NCBI GenBank assembly: GCA_026397595.1
Contig: JAPLUO010000197.1
Coordinates: 1-59,466, forward strand
DNA: 59,466 nt
Source of the DNA: a candidate division WOR-3 bacterium
Lineage (GTDB): Bacteria > Hydrothermota > Tepidihabitantia > Tepidihabitantales > Tepidihabitantaceae
Direction: 5' to 3'
Made by a program: the position numbers and the translations under genes. Position 1 is the first letter of the stretch, and the number at the start of each line of letters is the position of its first letter. Positions 10,060 to 19,585 of this stretch are shown here, piece after piece. The notes below the pieces were generated by a model that made no database searches, was not told where the DNA came from, and saw only the letters and a program-made list of their open reading frames with translations.

Positions 10060-11455
10060 GGTGCTGTCTTTGAAGGTGGCGTTGGGTTCAGCGCTTCGGT
10101 GGTTTCTAGTCTGCGAGGTACTGTGTGTGGGCGGCTTCCTGGTATTTCTCGGTCTCGGCAATGCGCGTCTGGCGCTGGTCTTCCTCGTCGGGCCCTTTCA
10201 AGTGCTGGCGTGGCTGGTCGCGCTCCGGGACAGTTCGTCTCTGCTTATGCTGTTCGCCGCGCTTCTCCCCGTGGCAGGTATGGAACTGCTTCCCGTTCCC
10301 TATCACCGGTACGTGTATCTCCCTGTGACAATACTCCTACTAGTCGTGACAACTCGCCGTTTCCTGGCCAATGATAGAGATCACAGACGAAATTCGCTCG
10401 ATAGGTATGATGCCTTGCCTTTGACGCTGCTTGGGGCATCGCTTGTGCTTTCTACCGCGAGCGCCGTGTTTCACGGGTGGACTAACGAGAATCTCCGGAA
10501 CCAGGTTGTGCTCTTGGTCGAAGCGATGGTTCTTCTATACGCCTCTGCCGTCGTACCTAGGACCATGCATGAGGTCCGGAATATCATTCTGGCATTCTGC
10601 GCGACATTGTCAGCGGCGATGACCATAGTGCTGCTGTTTTCGGTGCTTGGTGCCGGATGGGGGCCACTGCTAGGTGGTATTACAACCAAGGGGAGCTTCA
10701 ATGTGCTCGGCGCCTTTCTCTCCTGTGGAGCCGTCTTGCTGCTGGGCGCCTTCCTTCAAGCTGACAAGGTGTCTAACCGTGTCATAATACTGCTCTGTAT
10801 GGCTGTCGTGCTGAGCACTTTGGTCTTGACGAAGTCTCGCGGTGCATGGTTCGGGTTCGGGGCGGCCGTTCTGTACGCGCTGCTCCGGGTCCGATCCGGT
10901 TGGCTGTGGACGTTGGTCGTGCTCGCTGTGTTATTGCTTCTTGGTGTCGGCTCGTTGCGCGGAATCCTTCTGTCGCGAGCCGGTGAGACATCCGAAGGCG
11001 ACCCTTCGTTTCTCGGGCGCGTCGCCCTGTGGGTCTACGCATGGAAGGTCATCAAGGCAAACTGGTTGCTCGGCGTAGGCTTCGACAACTTTAGATACGT
11101 GAAGCACTTCTACGGATATCCGGAGCCACTGTGGTATACTATTCGTTTCCACACACACAACATTCTCCTGGAAATGCTCACGGACCTTGGCATCTTTGGC
11201 TTTTTGGGAGGTTGCTGGTTGTACTTGCGCACACTAGTCCGTCTGGATCGAGTCGTTCGCGCAAAGAGCCCGGGTAGTTGGGCACTCGCGCTCGGTTTGG
11301 AAGCCGCTCTGGTGACCTTCGCAGCGCACGGTCTGGTCGACTTCGTCGTTTGGCAATACGGTGCGTTGTCCCTGTTCGGTGTCCTCCTGGGATTGGGGAT
11401 CAGCGTGAGCCGTTTGAGCCCGGCAGTGAGCGCGCCGCCGGGGCGTGTCGCGTGA
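10046..11455 (+). CDS. O-antigen polymerase/ligase family protein (Wzy-like)
   Basis: 469-aa polytopic protein with LTKSRGAWFGFGAAVLY, as in Wzy_C/O-antigen ligase family members. Confidence 0.7.
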   Translation: MTPDEVLSLKVALGSALRWFLVCEVLCVGGFLVFLGLGNARLALVFLVGPFQVLAWLVALRDSSSLLMLFAALLPVAGMELLPVPYHRYVYLPVTILLLVVTTRRFLANDRDHRRNSLDRYDALPLTLLGASLVLSTASAVFHGWTNENLRNQVVLLVEAMVLLYASAVVPRTMHEVRNIILAFCATLSAAMTIVLLFSVLGAGWGPLLGGITTKGSFNVLGAFLSCGAVLLLGAFLQADKVSNRVIILLCMAVVLSTLVLTKSRGAWFGFGAAVLYALLRVRSGWLWTLVVLAVLLLLGVGSLRGILLSRAGETSEGDPSFLGRVALWVYAWKVIKANWLLGVGFDNFRYVKHFYGYPEPLWYTIRFHTHNILLEMLTDLGIFGFLGGCWLYLRTLVRLDRVVRAKSPGSWALALGLEAALVTFAAHGLVDFVVWQYGALSLFGVLLGLGISVSRLSPAVSAPPGRVA

Positions 11456-11612
11456 CGTTTGCCTACCTCAATGTCCTCCAGTCGCCCAGGTCGCCCCGTC
11501 CCACGACGGGGTACTACCGGCTCAGGCGGAGAACGTGGCCTGTAGGTCTCTCAGTTTTTTTTGGTTGGAATGAGAGCTGACTGATGGCCGTGCGATCGGA
11601 TCGTCTCTAGAT

Positions 11613-12821
11613 ATGCGAATCGGAGTTGATGCAGTTGCCCTTGATGCGCCCGGGGCAGGCGTGTCGCGCTACGTGCTTGAAGTATTGACGGGCATGATGG
11701 CCAGCTCTCCAGGCGATGATTTCGTGCTGTACTCATGGCGACCGGTCCATATGCCTGTCGTTGGCGGAAACTGGCGCACGCATGTCGCCCGCGCGGGACG
11801 CTGTTCCGCACCGGGAAGTTGGCTAAGGGATACTCTTCCCAGAATGGCTGCAGAGGACGACATCGACGTGTTCTGGGGACAAAACACGGTGATGCCTCTC
11901 CGGTTGATTCGCCCCTGTCGCAGGGTCCTGACCGTTCACGACGTTACCGGATTTGTCGTTCCCCGCACGATGGAGTTCGCAGGCCGCTTGTACTGGAACC
12001 TTGATTTCCGGGCTGCGATCAGGTCTGCTGATGCTATCATAGCGGTTTCGCGCGCGACGGCTCGCCTGCTCCGCAGGCTGCTCGGGGTTCCACCCGACCG
12101 GGTGACGGTGATCTACGAAGGCTGCTCGCTCCGTCTGGCAGCGGGTACGCCATCAAAGGTCGATGGAGATGTCGTGTCGCGGCTCGGTGTCCCAAGTGAG
12201 TTCATGCTGACAGTTGGAACGCTGGAACCGCGCAAGGACCATGCTACCTTGCTGGAGGCGATTAGGCAAAGGAGTGGTTTTCCACCTTTGATGGTTGCGG
12301 GCGCAGTCGGCTGGAACAGCCGCGGCATTCTCAGTCTTGTACGTGAAGCGGAGCGTGACGGCCGCGCGCGGTACCTGGGGCGGGTGAGCGACGAGGATTT
12401 GGCGTCTCTCTATCGTGCTGCACGGATCATGATCTACCCTTCGCTTTACGAAGGTTTTGGTCTTCCCGTTCTGGAGGCGATGGCCTGCGGATGTCCGGTC
12501 CTCTGCAGTTGGTCATCCAGCATGCCTGAGGTCGGCGGAAGGGCGGCCTGCTACTTCCGGTCGAGGGACGCACTTGGCCTAGCAGACAAGCTGCAGGAAC
12601 TACTGCGAGACGACAGTCGCTTGGCCGAGATGAAAGCCAAGGGAATCGAGCAGGCAGCGAAGTTCAGCTTCAGCAGCGCGGCAAAGCAGACGCTCGGCGT
12701 TCTGCACGGTTCGACGCAGGCGCACCAGCCCGTCGAGCGACGGCGCTGTATGTCAGCGCGCCCAGCCGGGCAAAGCGGGAGGCAAAGTGATCACGGACAA
12801 TCAGTCACGCCAGTCCGGTAG
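11613..12821 (+). CDS. glycosyltransferase family 4 (GT-B)
   Basis: MRIGVDAV... N-terminus and YPSLYEGFGLPVLEAMACGCPVLCS (E-x7-E motif). Confidence 0.85.
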   Translation: MRIGVDAVALDAPGAGVSRYVLEVLTGMMASSPGDDFVLYSWRPVHMPVVGGNWRTHVARAGRCSAPGSWLRDTLPRMAAEDDIDVFWGQNTVMPLRLIRPCRRVLTVHDVTGFVVPRTMEFAGRLYWNLDFRAAIRSADAIIAVSRATARLLRRLLGVPPDRVTVIYEGCSLRLAAGTPSKVDGDVVSRLGVPSEFMLTVGTLEPRKDHATLLEAIRQRSGFPPLMVAGAVGWNSRGILSLVREAERDGRARYLGRVSDEDLASLYRAARIMIYPSLYEGFGLPVLEAMACGCPVLCSWSSSMPEVGGRAACYFRSRDALGLADKLQELLRDDSRLAEMKAKGIEQAAKFSFSSAAKQTLGVLHGSTQAHQPVERRRCMSARPAGQSGRQSDHGQSVTPVR

Positions 12822-13872
12822 CACATTCGTAGATTGTCCGAGCAGTTCGCTCCCAGGTAAACAGAGTTGCCCTATTACGACCGATCTCGCTCAGTCGAGT
12901 CACAAGGCCAGGGCTGTCTAGCAACGTCTGCAGCTTGTCTGCCATGTCTCGGACCGAATAGGGGTCAAACAGGAGCGCCGCTCCTCCGGCGACCTCCGGC
13001 AGACTCGCTACGGCGCTGCACGCCACCGGTGCCCCGTGCAGCATTGCCTCGAGAACTGGGAGCCCGAACCCTTCATAGACCGACGGGCAGACTAATAGCC
13101 GGCAGTGCTGGTACAGGCTCGACAACTGGGCGTCAGAGACCCCACTGAGAATGATGACGCGCGATTGGATACTATCGGCCCTGACCGTTCGTGCAACATG
13201 ACCGAGTTGCTCCTCACTTCCACTTCCAACAAGAACGAGCTTGAGGTTCCGCTCGGCGCGAACCCGGGCGAACGAGTGTATGAGCCGGATTACGTTTTTG
13301 TGCGGGGCGTGGCTACCTACGTAGAGGACGTAGGGGACAAACCGCTTGGCGTAGTCGGTGTCTTCGCCGGAGGGCACGATGCCCGGGCCGCAGAAGGCGA
13401 CGGTGGCTCGCCGTCGAGGCAGAAGATTCATTGCAGCGAGGTCCCCCCTTGTGCAGTGTGAATCGGTGACAACTCGGTCGGCAAAGCGCAGGGTTTGGAG
13501 TCCGACCCAGAACGACGTCTTCTCCTTGATCGGGTTCAGCCCTCGTATCTTCAGCGGCGTCAAGTCGTGGACCACTGCTATTGTCGGCAGCAAGGTTGGC
13601 ACTGGGACCCCTGGGGTCAGACAGAGGAGCACATCGTATTTCTCTCTGCAATAGGCGCGAAGGCGAGTTAGGACCCAGAGCATCCTTCTGACGGGGTATC
13701 GAACGCCGTCCGGTATCTCGATTGCACGTCCATAACGGCAGAGAATGTGAGGGTCAGGCGTCAGTATGCTGAGATCACAGTGTTCCGCCAGGTGAGGAAC
13801 GAGCGAGCGGATGTAGAGTGAGATGCCAGCATAAGCGCGCGTATCGAAAGGCGCGCTCACGAGCATTCTCAT
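12805..13872 (-). CDS. glycosyltransferase family 4 (GT-B)
   Basis: CPSVYEGFGLPVLEAMLHGAPVACS motif. It is convergent with the previous GT4 and their 3' ends overlap by 17 nt. Confidence 0.85.
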   Translation of the reverse strand: MRMLVSAPFDTRAYAGISLYIRSLVPHLAEHCDLSILTPDPHILCRYGRAIEIPDGVRYPVRRMLWVLTRLRAYCREKYDVLLCLTPGVPVPTLLPTIAVVHDLTPLKIRGLNPIKEKTSFWVGLQTLRFADRVVTDSHCTRGDLAAMNLLPRRRATVAFCGPGIVPSGEDTDYAKRFVPYVLYVGSHAPHKNVIRLIHSFARVRAERNLKLVLVGSGSEEQLGHVARTVRADSIQSRVIILSGVSDAQLSSLYQHCRLLVCPSVYEGFGLPVLEAMLHGAPVACSAVASLPEVAGGAALLFDPYSVRDMADKLQTLLDSPGLVTRLSEIGRNRATLFTWERTARTIYECATGLA

Positions 13873-14318
13873 GTTAGAATTATAGCTGCAGAATCCCAGG
13901 TCTCAAGGGTGCGTGTGCACTCCGCAATTGCTGGGTGCCCCGCATGCCCGATATACGCATTCGCGGTACTCTCCGGACGTTGATGTCGGTGCCACCGGAC
14001 CGTGCGAAGCGTGGGAGTCTGGTGACGATGAGGGCAGCAGGGACGATCGGCACTTGGGAGGTCCGATGGCTCGATTCCTTGAATCAAGGCTGGTCTTAAC
14101 CGGCTGTTTTCTTAGAGTCAGGTCGATGAGACTGCGAAATTGCACCACGCGGGCCAAAGTCCTGCGAGGGCGGGTCACGAGTACGGTGGCGGTCGAGGTG
14201 CCAAACCTCGAAACGTCGGAATTGCCTCAGTTCGTTCTGTGGAAATCTGCTCTTGCGGCATGCGTGAGGATGGCGAGTCGCGGCTTCGCTCTGGTAGCAG
14301 GCATGCTGACGTGCACGG

Positions 14319-14346
14319 ATGATAGCCTGAGCGCGGCGGATGTCAA
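14319..14346 (-). promoter_or_regulatory. sigma70-like promoter (TTGACA-16-TATCAT)
   Basis: Minus-strand motifs about 450 nt upstream of the GT4 start at 13872. It sits back to back with the plus-strand promoter at 14365. Confidence 0.4.
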
Positions 14347-14364
14347 TTCCGCCTCATGCAGCGC

Positions 14365-14392
14365 TTGACCGCGGACGTGGATGGACTATACT
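14365..14392 (+). promoter_or_regulatory. sigma70-like promoter (TTGACC-16-TATACT)
   Basis: The hexamers are identical to those of the promoter at 3451. It lies about 147 nt upstream of ATG 14539. Confidence 0.5.
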
Positions 14393-14538
14393 GCCCAGCA
14401 GCGTGTCTCTCACGAATCTGGAGAATTACCGTACATGAGCGGGCTTGTGCCGCGGGGCCCAGCGGCAGGACACCGGTTGGACATTACACCTGCGACTGCC
14501 TTGTGGCATGACCCGGTTCGCAGTGACGGCGGTGACTG

Positions 14539-15672
14539 ATGCGCATCGGGGTGGATGCGGTACCTTTTGCGTTTGAGCGCACTGGGGTTGCACGCTACCT
14601 GGGCAGCGTGCTGGACGAGATGCTGGCTGTCGATCCCGCTTCCGAGTTCCTGCTATACACGCCCATTCCAGTATCAGTTCCTCTCCGTAGCGGCAACTGG
14701 CAATTGCGCTTGGTACCTGACCGGCTCGCTCTGCGTCCGAGCGTTTGGGTGCAGACGACGCTGCCCGGTTTGCTGGCATCCGACAAGGTTGATGCGTTCT
14801 GGGGGCAGCCGACGAACCTACCTCTCCGGCCGAAACACAAGTGCTTCCAGATGTTGACGGTCCACGACCTAGTGCCCTATGTTGTACCAGATAGCATGCG
14901 TTTCCGCTCCTGGCTCCGCATGCGGATCATGCTGGGCCTGACGGCCAGGGCAGCCGACGCCGTCATTGCCGACTCGTGGGCTACCGCGGCTCTGGCACGT
15001 CGTTATCTTGGCATTGATATGGAACGGCTGCACGTTGTGCACGCGGCGGCACAAGGTATGTTTCGGCCAGTGCCAAGGGATCAGGCCCGAGCAGCACTCA
15101 TGGATGAGTTTGGTTTACCTCGGAGTTACATTCTGTTCGTGAGCACAATCGAACCGAGGAAGGACCATCTGACGCTGCTGCGCGCCATAGCGAGGGTGCC
15201 GCATGCGCCTCTTCTCGTCTTGGCCGGGGGGGTTGGTTGGCGGTGTAACTCAATCCTCAGGGAGATCAGAGTCGCTGAGGATGCCGGGCGAGTCAAGTAC
15301 GTCGGCAGAGTGGATGACGATTGGCTTCCGGCACTGTACAGCGCGGCCACCATTTCGGTCTACCCTTCGGTGTACGAGGGATTCGGGCTACCGGTGCTCG
15401 AGGCCATGTCCTGCGGGTGCCCGGTACTTTGCAGCGACTCATCCAGTCTCCCGGAGGTCGGCGGTGATGCGGCTTGCTACTTCAGAACTGGCGATAGCGA
15501 AGACCTGGCTCGCAGGCTGACGGAGTTGCTTGACGACGGCGATCGTCTCGATGCCATGTCGGCTGCGGGCTTGAATCAAGCGAATCGGTTCAGTTTTCGG
15601 ACCGCCGCTGAGGAGATCTTGGGGATTATCAGGCGAGGCGTAGCCCCGTCGAGACGAGGCCCGGGCCGGTGA
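14539..15672 (+). CDS. glycosyltransferase family 4 (GT-B)
   Basis: MRIGVDAV... N-terminus and YPSVYEGFGLPVLEAMSCGCPVLCS. Close paralog of 11613..12821. Confidence 0.85.
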   Translation: MRIGVDAVPFAFERTGVARYLGSVLDEMLAVDPASEFLLYTPIPVSVPLRSGNWQLRLVPDRLALRPSVWVQTTLPGLLASDKVDAFWGQPTNLPLRPKHKCFQMLTVHDLVPYVVPDSMRFRSWLRMRIMLGLTARAADAVIADSWATAALARRYLGIDMERLHVVHAAAQGMFRPVPRDQARAALMDEFGLPRSYILFVSTIEPRKDHLTLLRAIARVPHAPLLVLAGGVGWRCNSILREIRVAEDAGRVKYVGRVDDDWLPALYSAATISVYPSVYEGFGLPVLEAMSCGCPVLCSDSSSLPEVGGDAACYFRTGDSEDLARRLTELLDDGDRLDAMSAAGLNQANRFSFRTAAEEILGIIRRGVAPSRRGPGR

Positions 15673-15717
15673 AGCGAGCAGGTTCGTTCCGCCCCGGGGC
15701 AGAGTGGCTCGGTTTGT

Positions 15718-16914
15718 GTGCGTGCTTGCCCGCTCCATGACATGTTGGACATACGTCGCATAGCTCTGGATGCCCGCAGGCTGAATGGCCTGAAGCGCGG
15801 AGTCGGTCAGTATGTGTTTCAGCTCGCCAAGTGGCTACCGAAGCTCGAACCCAATATTGAGTATCTACTGTTCGTTGACCGACCGCTGGGCGCGGGCAGC
15901 ATGCCTGCGGGATGCCGGGAGGTGATTGTCGGCCGTCCATTCACGACCGAGAGTCAATCTGTGAGCGGCATGTGGTCAAAGATTCGATCATATCACTGGA
16001 TGAACTACCTCGTTCCTCGGGCTCTAAAGCGAGAACGCGCAGACCTGTTCCATGCGACCAACTTCGCCGTGCCGGTTCGGGCGGTTTGTCCGTGCGTGGT
16101 GACGATTCACGATCTAATCTACGCCCGTGCGCCGGGCGCCTTTGAACCGCTATACGAACGTTACCTAAAGATGACAGTCCCAGCTGCGGTGCGGCGGGCG
16201 CGTCACGTTATCACTGACTCGGCCGCCACCCGGGATGATCTTCTGGAGTTTGTCCGCCCAGAACCGAGCCGGGTCAGTGTTGTTCACCTCGGAGTTGGTG
16301 ATGAGTATCGTGTGCACAACAGTCCAGTCGAGATCGAGCGCGCAAGGCAGATACTGCGGCTGCCGAGTCGCTTCATCCTTCATGTCGGTGCGATCGAACG
16401 ACGCAAGAAGCTGGAGACACTGCTCGCGGCGGCGGTTCCACTGTTGAGTGCCCATCTAGTCGACGAGGTCGTGCTGGCTGGCGAAGAAGGTCACGGCGCG
16501 GACGATGTGCGTCACGCAGCCGCTGAGCTTGGCGTCCAGGATCGGGTTCGATACTTGGGCTATGTCTCGCAGGACTTACTGCCTGTGCTTTACAGCCTTG
16601 CCGAAGTCTTGAGTCTGGCGTCAGTCTACGAGGGGTTTGGCATGCCAGTGCTCGAGGCGATGGCCTGCGGCACGCCGGTAGTTACTTCAAACGTCTCATC
16701 GCTTCCCGAGATCGCTGGCGACGCAGCACTCACGGTTGCCCCTGGTGACATTGACGGTCTCCGACAGGCTCTTGAGCGCTTGCTTACCGATTCCGGGTTT
16801 CGAAGCGAAATGATACGGCGTGGTCTGGCGAGAGCACGTGCGTTTTCATGGGAACGAACGGCTGCCGGGCACCTTGCCGTGTACCGCCAGGTCCTGGACG
16901 AGGATGGGAACTAG
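15718..16914 (+). CDS. glycosyltransferase family 4 (GT-B)
   Basis: ASVYEGFGMPVLEAMACGTPVVTS motif. The true start may be the ATG at 15742 (MLDIRRIALD...). Confidence 0.85.
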   Translation: MRACPLHDMLDIRRIALDARRLNGLKRGVGQYVFQLAKWLPKLEPNIEYLLFVDRPLGAGSMPAGCREVIVGRPFTTESQSVSGMWSKIRSYHWMNYLVPRALKRERADLFHATNFAVPVRAVCPCVVTIHDLIYARAPGAFEPLYERYLKMTVPAAVRRARHVITDSAATRDDLLEFVRPEPSRVSVVHLGVGDEYRVHNSPVEIERARQILRLPSRFILHVGAIERRKKLETLLAAAVPLLSAHLVDEVVLAGEEGHGADDVRHAAAELGVQDRVRYLGYVSQDLLPVLYSLAEVLSLASVYEGFGMPVLEAMACGTPVVTSNVSSLPEIAGDAALTVAPGDIDGLRQALERLLTDSGFRSEMIRRGLARARAFSWERTAAGHLAVYRQVLDEDGN

Positions 16915-16968
16915 GCGTGCGAGCGGCCCGCAGCGCTGAACCTATCTTGTTGTCCAAGGAGGATCTGC

Positions 16969-18117
16969 GTGTTTGACTGGGTTGCCGTCGTCTTCTTCTG
17001 GATTCCCGTCGCCATCCTGGTGTATCACTGGGTGCTTTACCCGGCTGCCCTGTGGGTGCTGTCGGAGGTCCGGCCGCGTCGGGATGCGCGCGCGGAGCGC
17101 TCAGAGCCATTCTTCGTATCGATTGTGATGGCTGCCTACAACGAGGAGGAGTTGATCGCGGACAAGCTCAGGAACTGCCTTGCGCTCGACTATCCGTCGG
17201 ACAAGATGGAGATCCTCGTCGGGTCGGACTCGTCAACAGACGCGACAGACGACATCGTGAGGCCGTTCAGCGACACCAGGGTGAGACTCGTCCGGTACGA
17301 GCCGCAATCCGGTAAGACGGTGGTCCAGAATCGGCTGCTAGGAGAGGCGAAAGGCGACGTCATCTTGTGCACGGACGTTGATTCACTATTGACCTCGGAG
17401 TCTCTGAAACTGATGGTCGAGCACATGCGTGACCCCAAGGTGGCGGTTGTTAATCCACGGTACGCGAGGGTCAACAAAGACGGCAGCGCCGCCGAGAGCA
17501 TCTATGACCGCTGGGAGACCAAGGTCAAGGAGTTCGAAGGGAGACTCGGGGCGATGGTCGGGTGCAATGCCTACGCGAACATGATACGCCGCGAAGTCGC
17601 GGACCCGATTCCAGATGATACCAATCTCGATGATTTTGTCCTCGGCATCAGGCCTTTCCGCAGCGGGTATGATGTGGTGACCGAGCCAAGGGCGCTGGTG
17701 GTTACGCAGACCGAAACCGAAAGACTCGAGTTTTGGCGCAAGGCGAGGATAAACCGCGGCAACCTGCAGGTGCTGTCGCGCTTTGCCGACCTGCTGTGTC
17801 CCAAGTATGGTATCAAGGCCTGGACATACTTCTCGCACAAGGTCATCAGGATGTTCGTGCCGTTCCTGCTCATCGCCATGCTGATTACCAGCGCGGTAGA
17901 GTTGTCGCAGCCGTTCTTCACCGTCATGCTGGTGCTGCAACTCGCAGCTTTGGCATCAGTCCCGCTGCTCTTGGTTGCGAGGGGCAGGTGGCGTAGGCTA
18001 CTATTCCCTCAGTACTACTACTTCATGAACATTGCTTTGCTCGTTGGTTACTGGCAGTTCTTCACCAGCCGTGAGAAGTACTGGACGAAGACGCCGCGGA
18101 ACCCTACCATCTTGTAA
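16969..18117 (+). CDS. membrane-anchored glycosyltransferase family 2
   Basis: GTG start preceded by AAGGAGG. It has VSIVMAAYNEEE and DSSTDATD (DxD region) plus C-terminal TM helices. Confidence 0.8.
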   Translation: MFDWVAVVFFWIPVAILVYHWVLYPAALWVLSEVRPRRDARAERSEPFFVSIVMAAYNEEELIADKLRNCLALDYPSDKMEILVGSDSSTDATDDIVRPFSDTRVRLVRYEPQSGKTVVQNRLLGEAKGDVILCTDVDSLLTSESLKLMVEHMRDPKVAVVNPRYARVNKDGSAAESIYDRWETKVKEFEGRLGAMVGCNAYANMIRREVADPIPDDTNLDDFVLGIRPFRSGYDVVTEPRALVVTQTETERLEFWRKARINRGNLQVLSRFADLLCPKYGIKAWTYFSHKVIRMFVPFLLIAMLITSAVELSQPFFTVMLVLQLAALASVPLLLVARGRWRRLLFPQYYYFMNIALLVGYWQFFTSREKYWTKTPRNPTIL

Positions 18118-18264
18118 TGAGCACCCGGACGTCCGGCCGACAGGCACGCCGCACTGGGCATGTCCGGGCTCATTGCCGAGTTAGCTGCAGGATTCACATG
18201 GAAGTGTTGCTGTTCGCCGCAGGTGAGTCCATTCCGATTGCCATCTTGTATCAGGAGGAAGACT

Positions 18265-19212
18265 ATGCCTAATTTCCGCGTTTCGATACTTCGAATCCTG
18301 GCTCTGTTGATCGTCGCACATACAGCTTGGGCCAATCTGACCGTGGTCGGCGACAAACTGTCTCTGGACGCGTTGGTCCGAACAAGTGCGTATTGGTGGC
18401 GGGCGGATCAGTCCGGTCTTGCGCGGAGCGAGTTTGCATTTGAGCGAGTCGGGGCGCTCGCCGGCCTGACCGGATACCTTAGTCCAGTCGTTTCGCTCCG
18501 CGTGAGCGGCGATGTCAGTGCCCTGCAACCGCAGGACTTGTACGTCGACATGCACTGGCGCAGCGGGCTCGGGCTGCGCGCTGGCCAGCTTCTGCTACCG
18601 CTGGGTATGGATGCCATGACTGAGCCTGACAGCCAGGCACTGGGCAGCTCGTTCCTGGTCAGCTACGCTAAGCCAGCCGGGACGCGGGATATCGGGGTTC
18701 AGGGCAGTTGGACGCTTGGCCGCCTCTCGGTATCGGCCGCGGTCGTCAACGGAACCGGAGCGAATGCCGGTGACAACAACGACCGGAAGGACTTGTGCGG
18801 GCGACTCACCGTAAGGCCGTTGGTCGTCATGGACGCGGTCCTCGCACTGCGTGCCTACTACGGCTGGCCGGGTTCTCTGGACTCGGTCTGGCGGTCCACG
18901 GCGCTTGAAGCCCGCTTCAGACGTGGGCCGCTGGAACTCCAGGCCGAATTCCAGAATCATCGCAGTCAGTATGCACGGAACAACATGGCATATCTGCAGG
19001 CAGTTTGGGATATCGGGCGATTCGAGCCCGTTGGCCGGTTCGACCTCGTCCTGCCCCAGGGAAAGCGCACTGAGTGGATGATGACCGGGGGGCTGAACCT
19101 GCGTCCCGTGTCTGACCATCTCAAGGTCATGCTCGACTGTTCTTATCATCGGAGCGACCAAGACAACTGGAGCGTCTTCGGCTTCAGCCTCCGACTGCAG
19201 GCAGGGCTTTAG
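18265..19212 (+). CDS. outer-membrane beta-barrel protein (porin-like)
   Basis: ATG at 18265 preceded by AGGAGG. Signal peptide MPNFRVSILRILALLIVAHTAWA. The rest shows an alternating beta-strand pattern. The ORF-track start at 18160 was rejected. Confidence 0.5.
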   Translation: MPNFRVSILRILALLIVAHTAWANLTVVGDKLSLDALVRTSAYWWRADQSGLARSEFAFERVGALAGLTGYLSPVVSLRVSGDVSALQPQDLYVDMHWRSGLGLRAGQLLLPLGMDAMTEPDSQALGSSFLVSYAKPAGTRDIGVQGSWTLGRLSVSAAVVNGTGANAGDNNDRKDLCGRLTVRPLVVMDAVLALRAYYGWPGSLDSVWRSTALEARFRRGPLELQAEFQNHRSQYARNNMAYLQAVWDIGRFEPVGRFDLVLPQGKRTEWMMTGGLNLRPVSDHLKVMLDCSYHRSDQDNWSVFGFSLRLQAGL

Positions 19213-19296
19213 CCTGAATGCAGCGCCCGTCTAGGAGCGACAGGCTTTGAACGGACAAAGAATCCTACGACACCTGGTGCCCCGCATTAGCGTCAT

Positions 19297-19548
19297 ATGG
19301 CCAATGCTTCCGAGCGTTCTGACTCCAGGGCGGGATTCTATATCAGTCCTCGGAGTGGTGGGCGGCTTTCTTTCTGGATTCCCGTGCTGCTTTTCACCTT
19401 GGTGTTGCTGGTTCACGGCCTTAGCCCTGTCTCGCAGTCGTGCGATTCCATGTGGTCGGTCCTTCTGGGTCTCAGCACGATGCGAGAGGGCTACGACGAC
19501 TTCGACGAGTGCCGCGACGCCGTTATGGGAACTGGAAGCGCATCTTGA
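19297..19548 (+). pseudogene. duplicated 5' fragment of the 20981..22405 membrane-protein gene
   Basis: ...RLSFWIPVLLFTLVLLVHGLSPVSQSCDSMWSVLLGLSTMREGYDDFDECRDAV parallels residues of the full gene. About 80% nt identity over about 164 nt (19351-19514 vs 21087-21250) by eye alignment. It ends prematurely. Confidence 0.65.
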
Positions 19549-19585
19549 CTGTCTCGGGAGCTGAGACAACGCTCTGTCTCGAGTC

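Noticed and set aside
11456-11612. Intrinsic terminator after the Wzy-like gene (T8 run at ~11553-11560; small hairpin CCCCGTC-ccac-GACGGGG at ~11492-11509)
   Set aside because: The GC hairpin is not followed by the T-run, and the T-run is preceded only by a weak 4-bp stem. That is too ambiguous to list as a feature.
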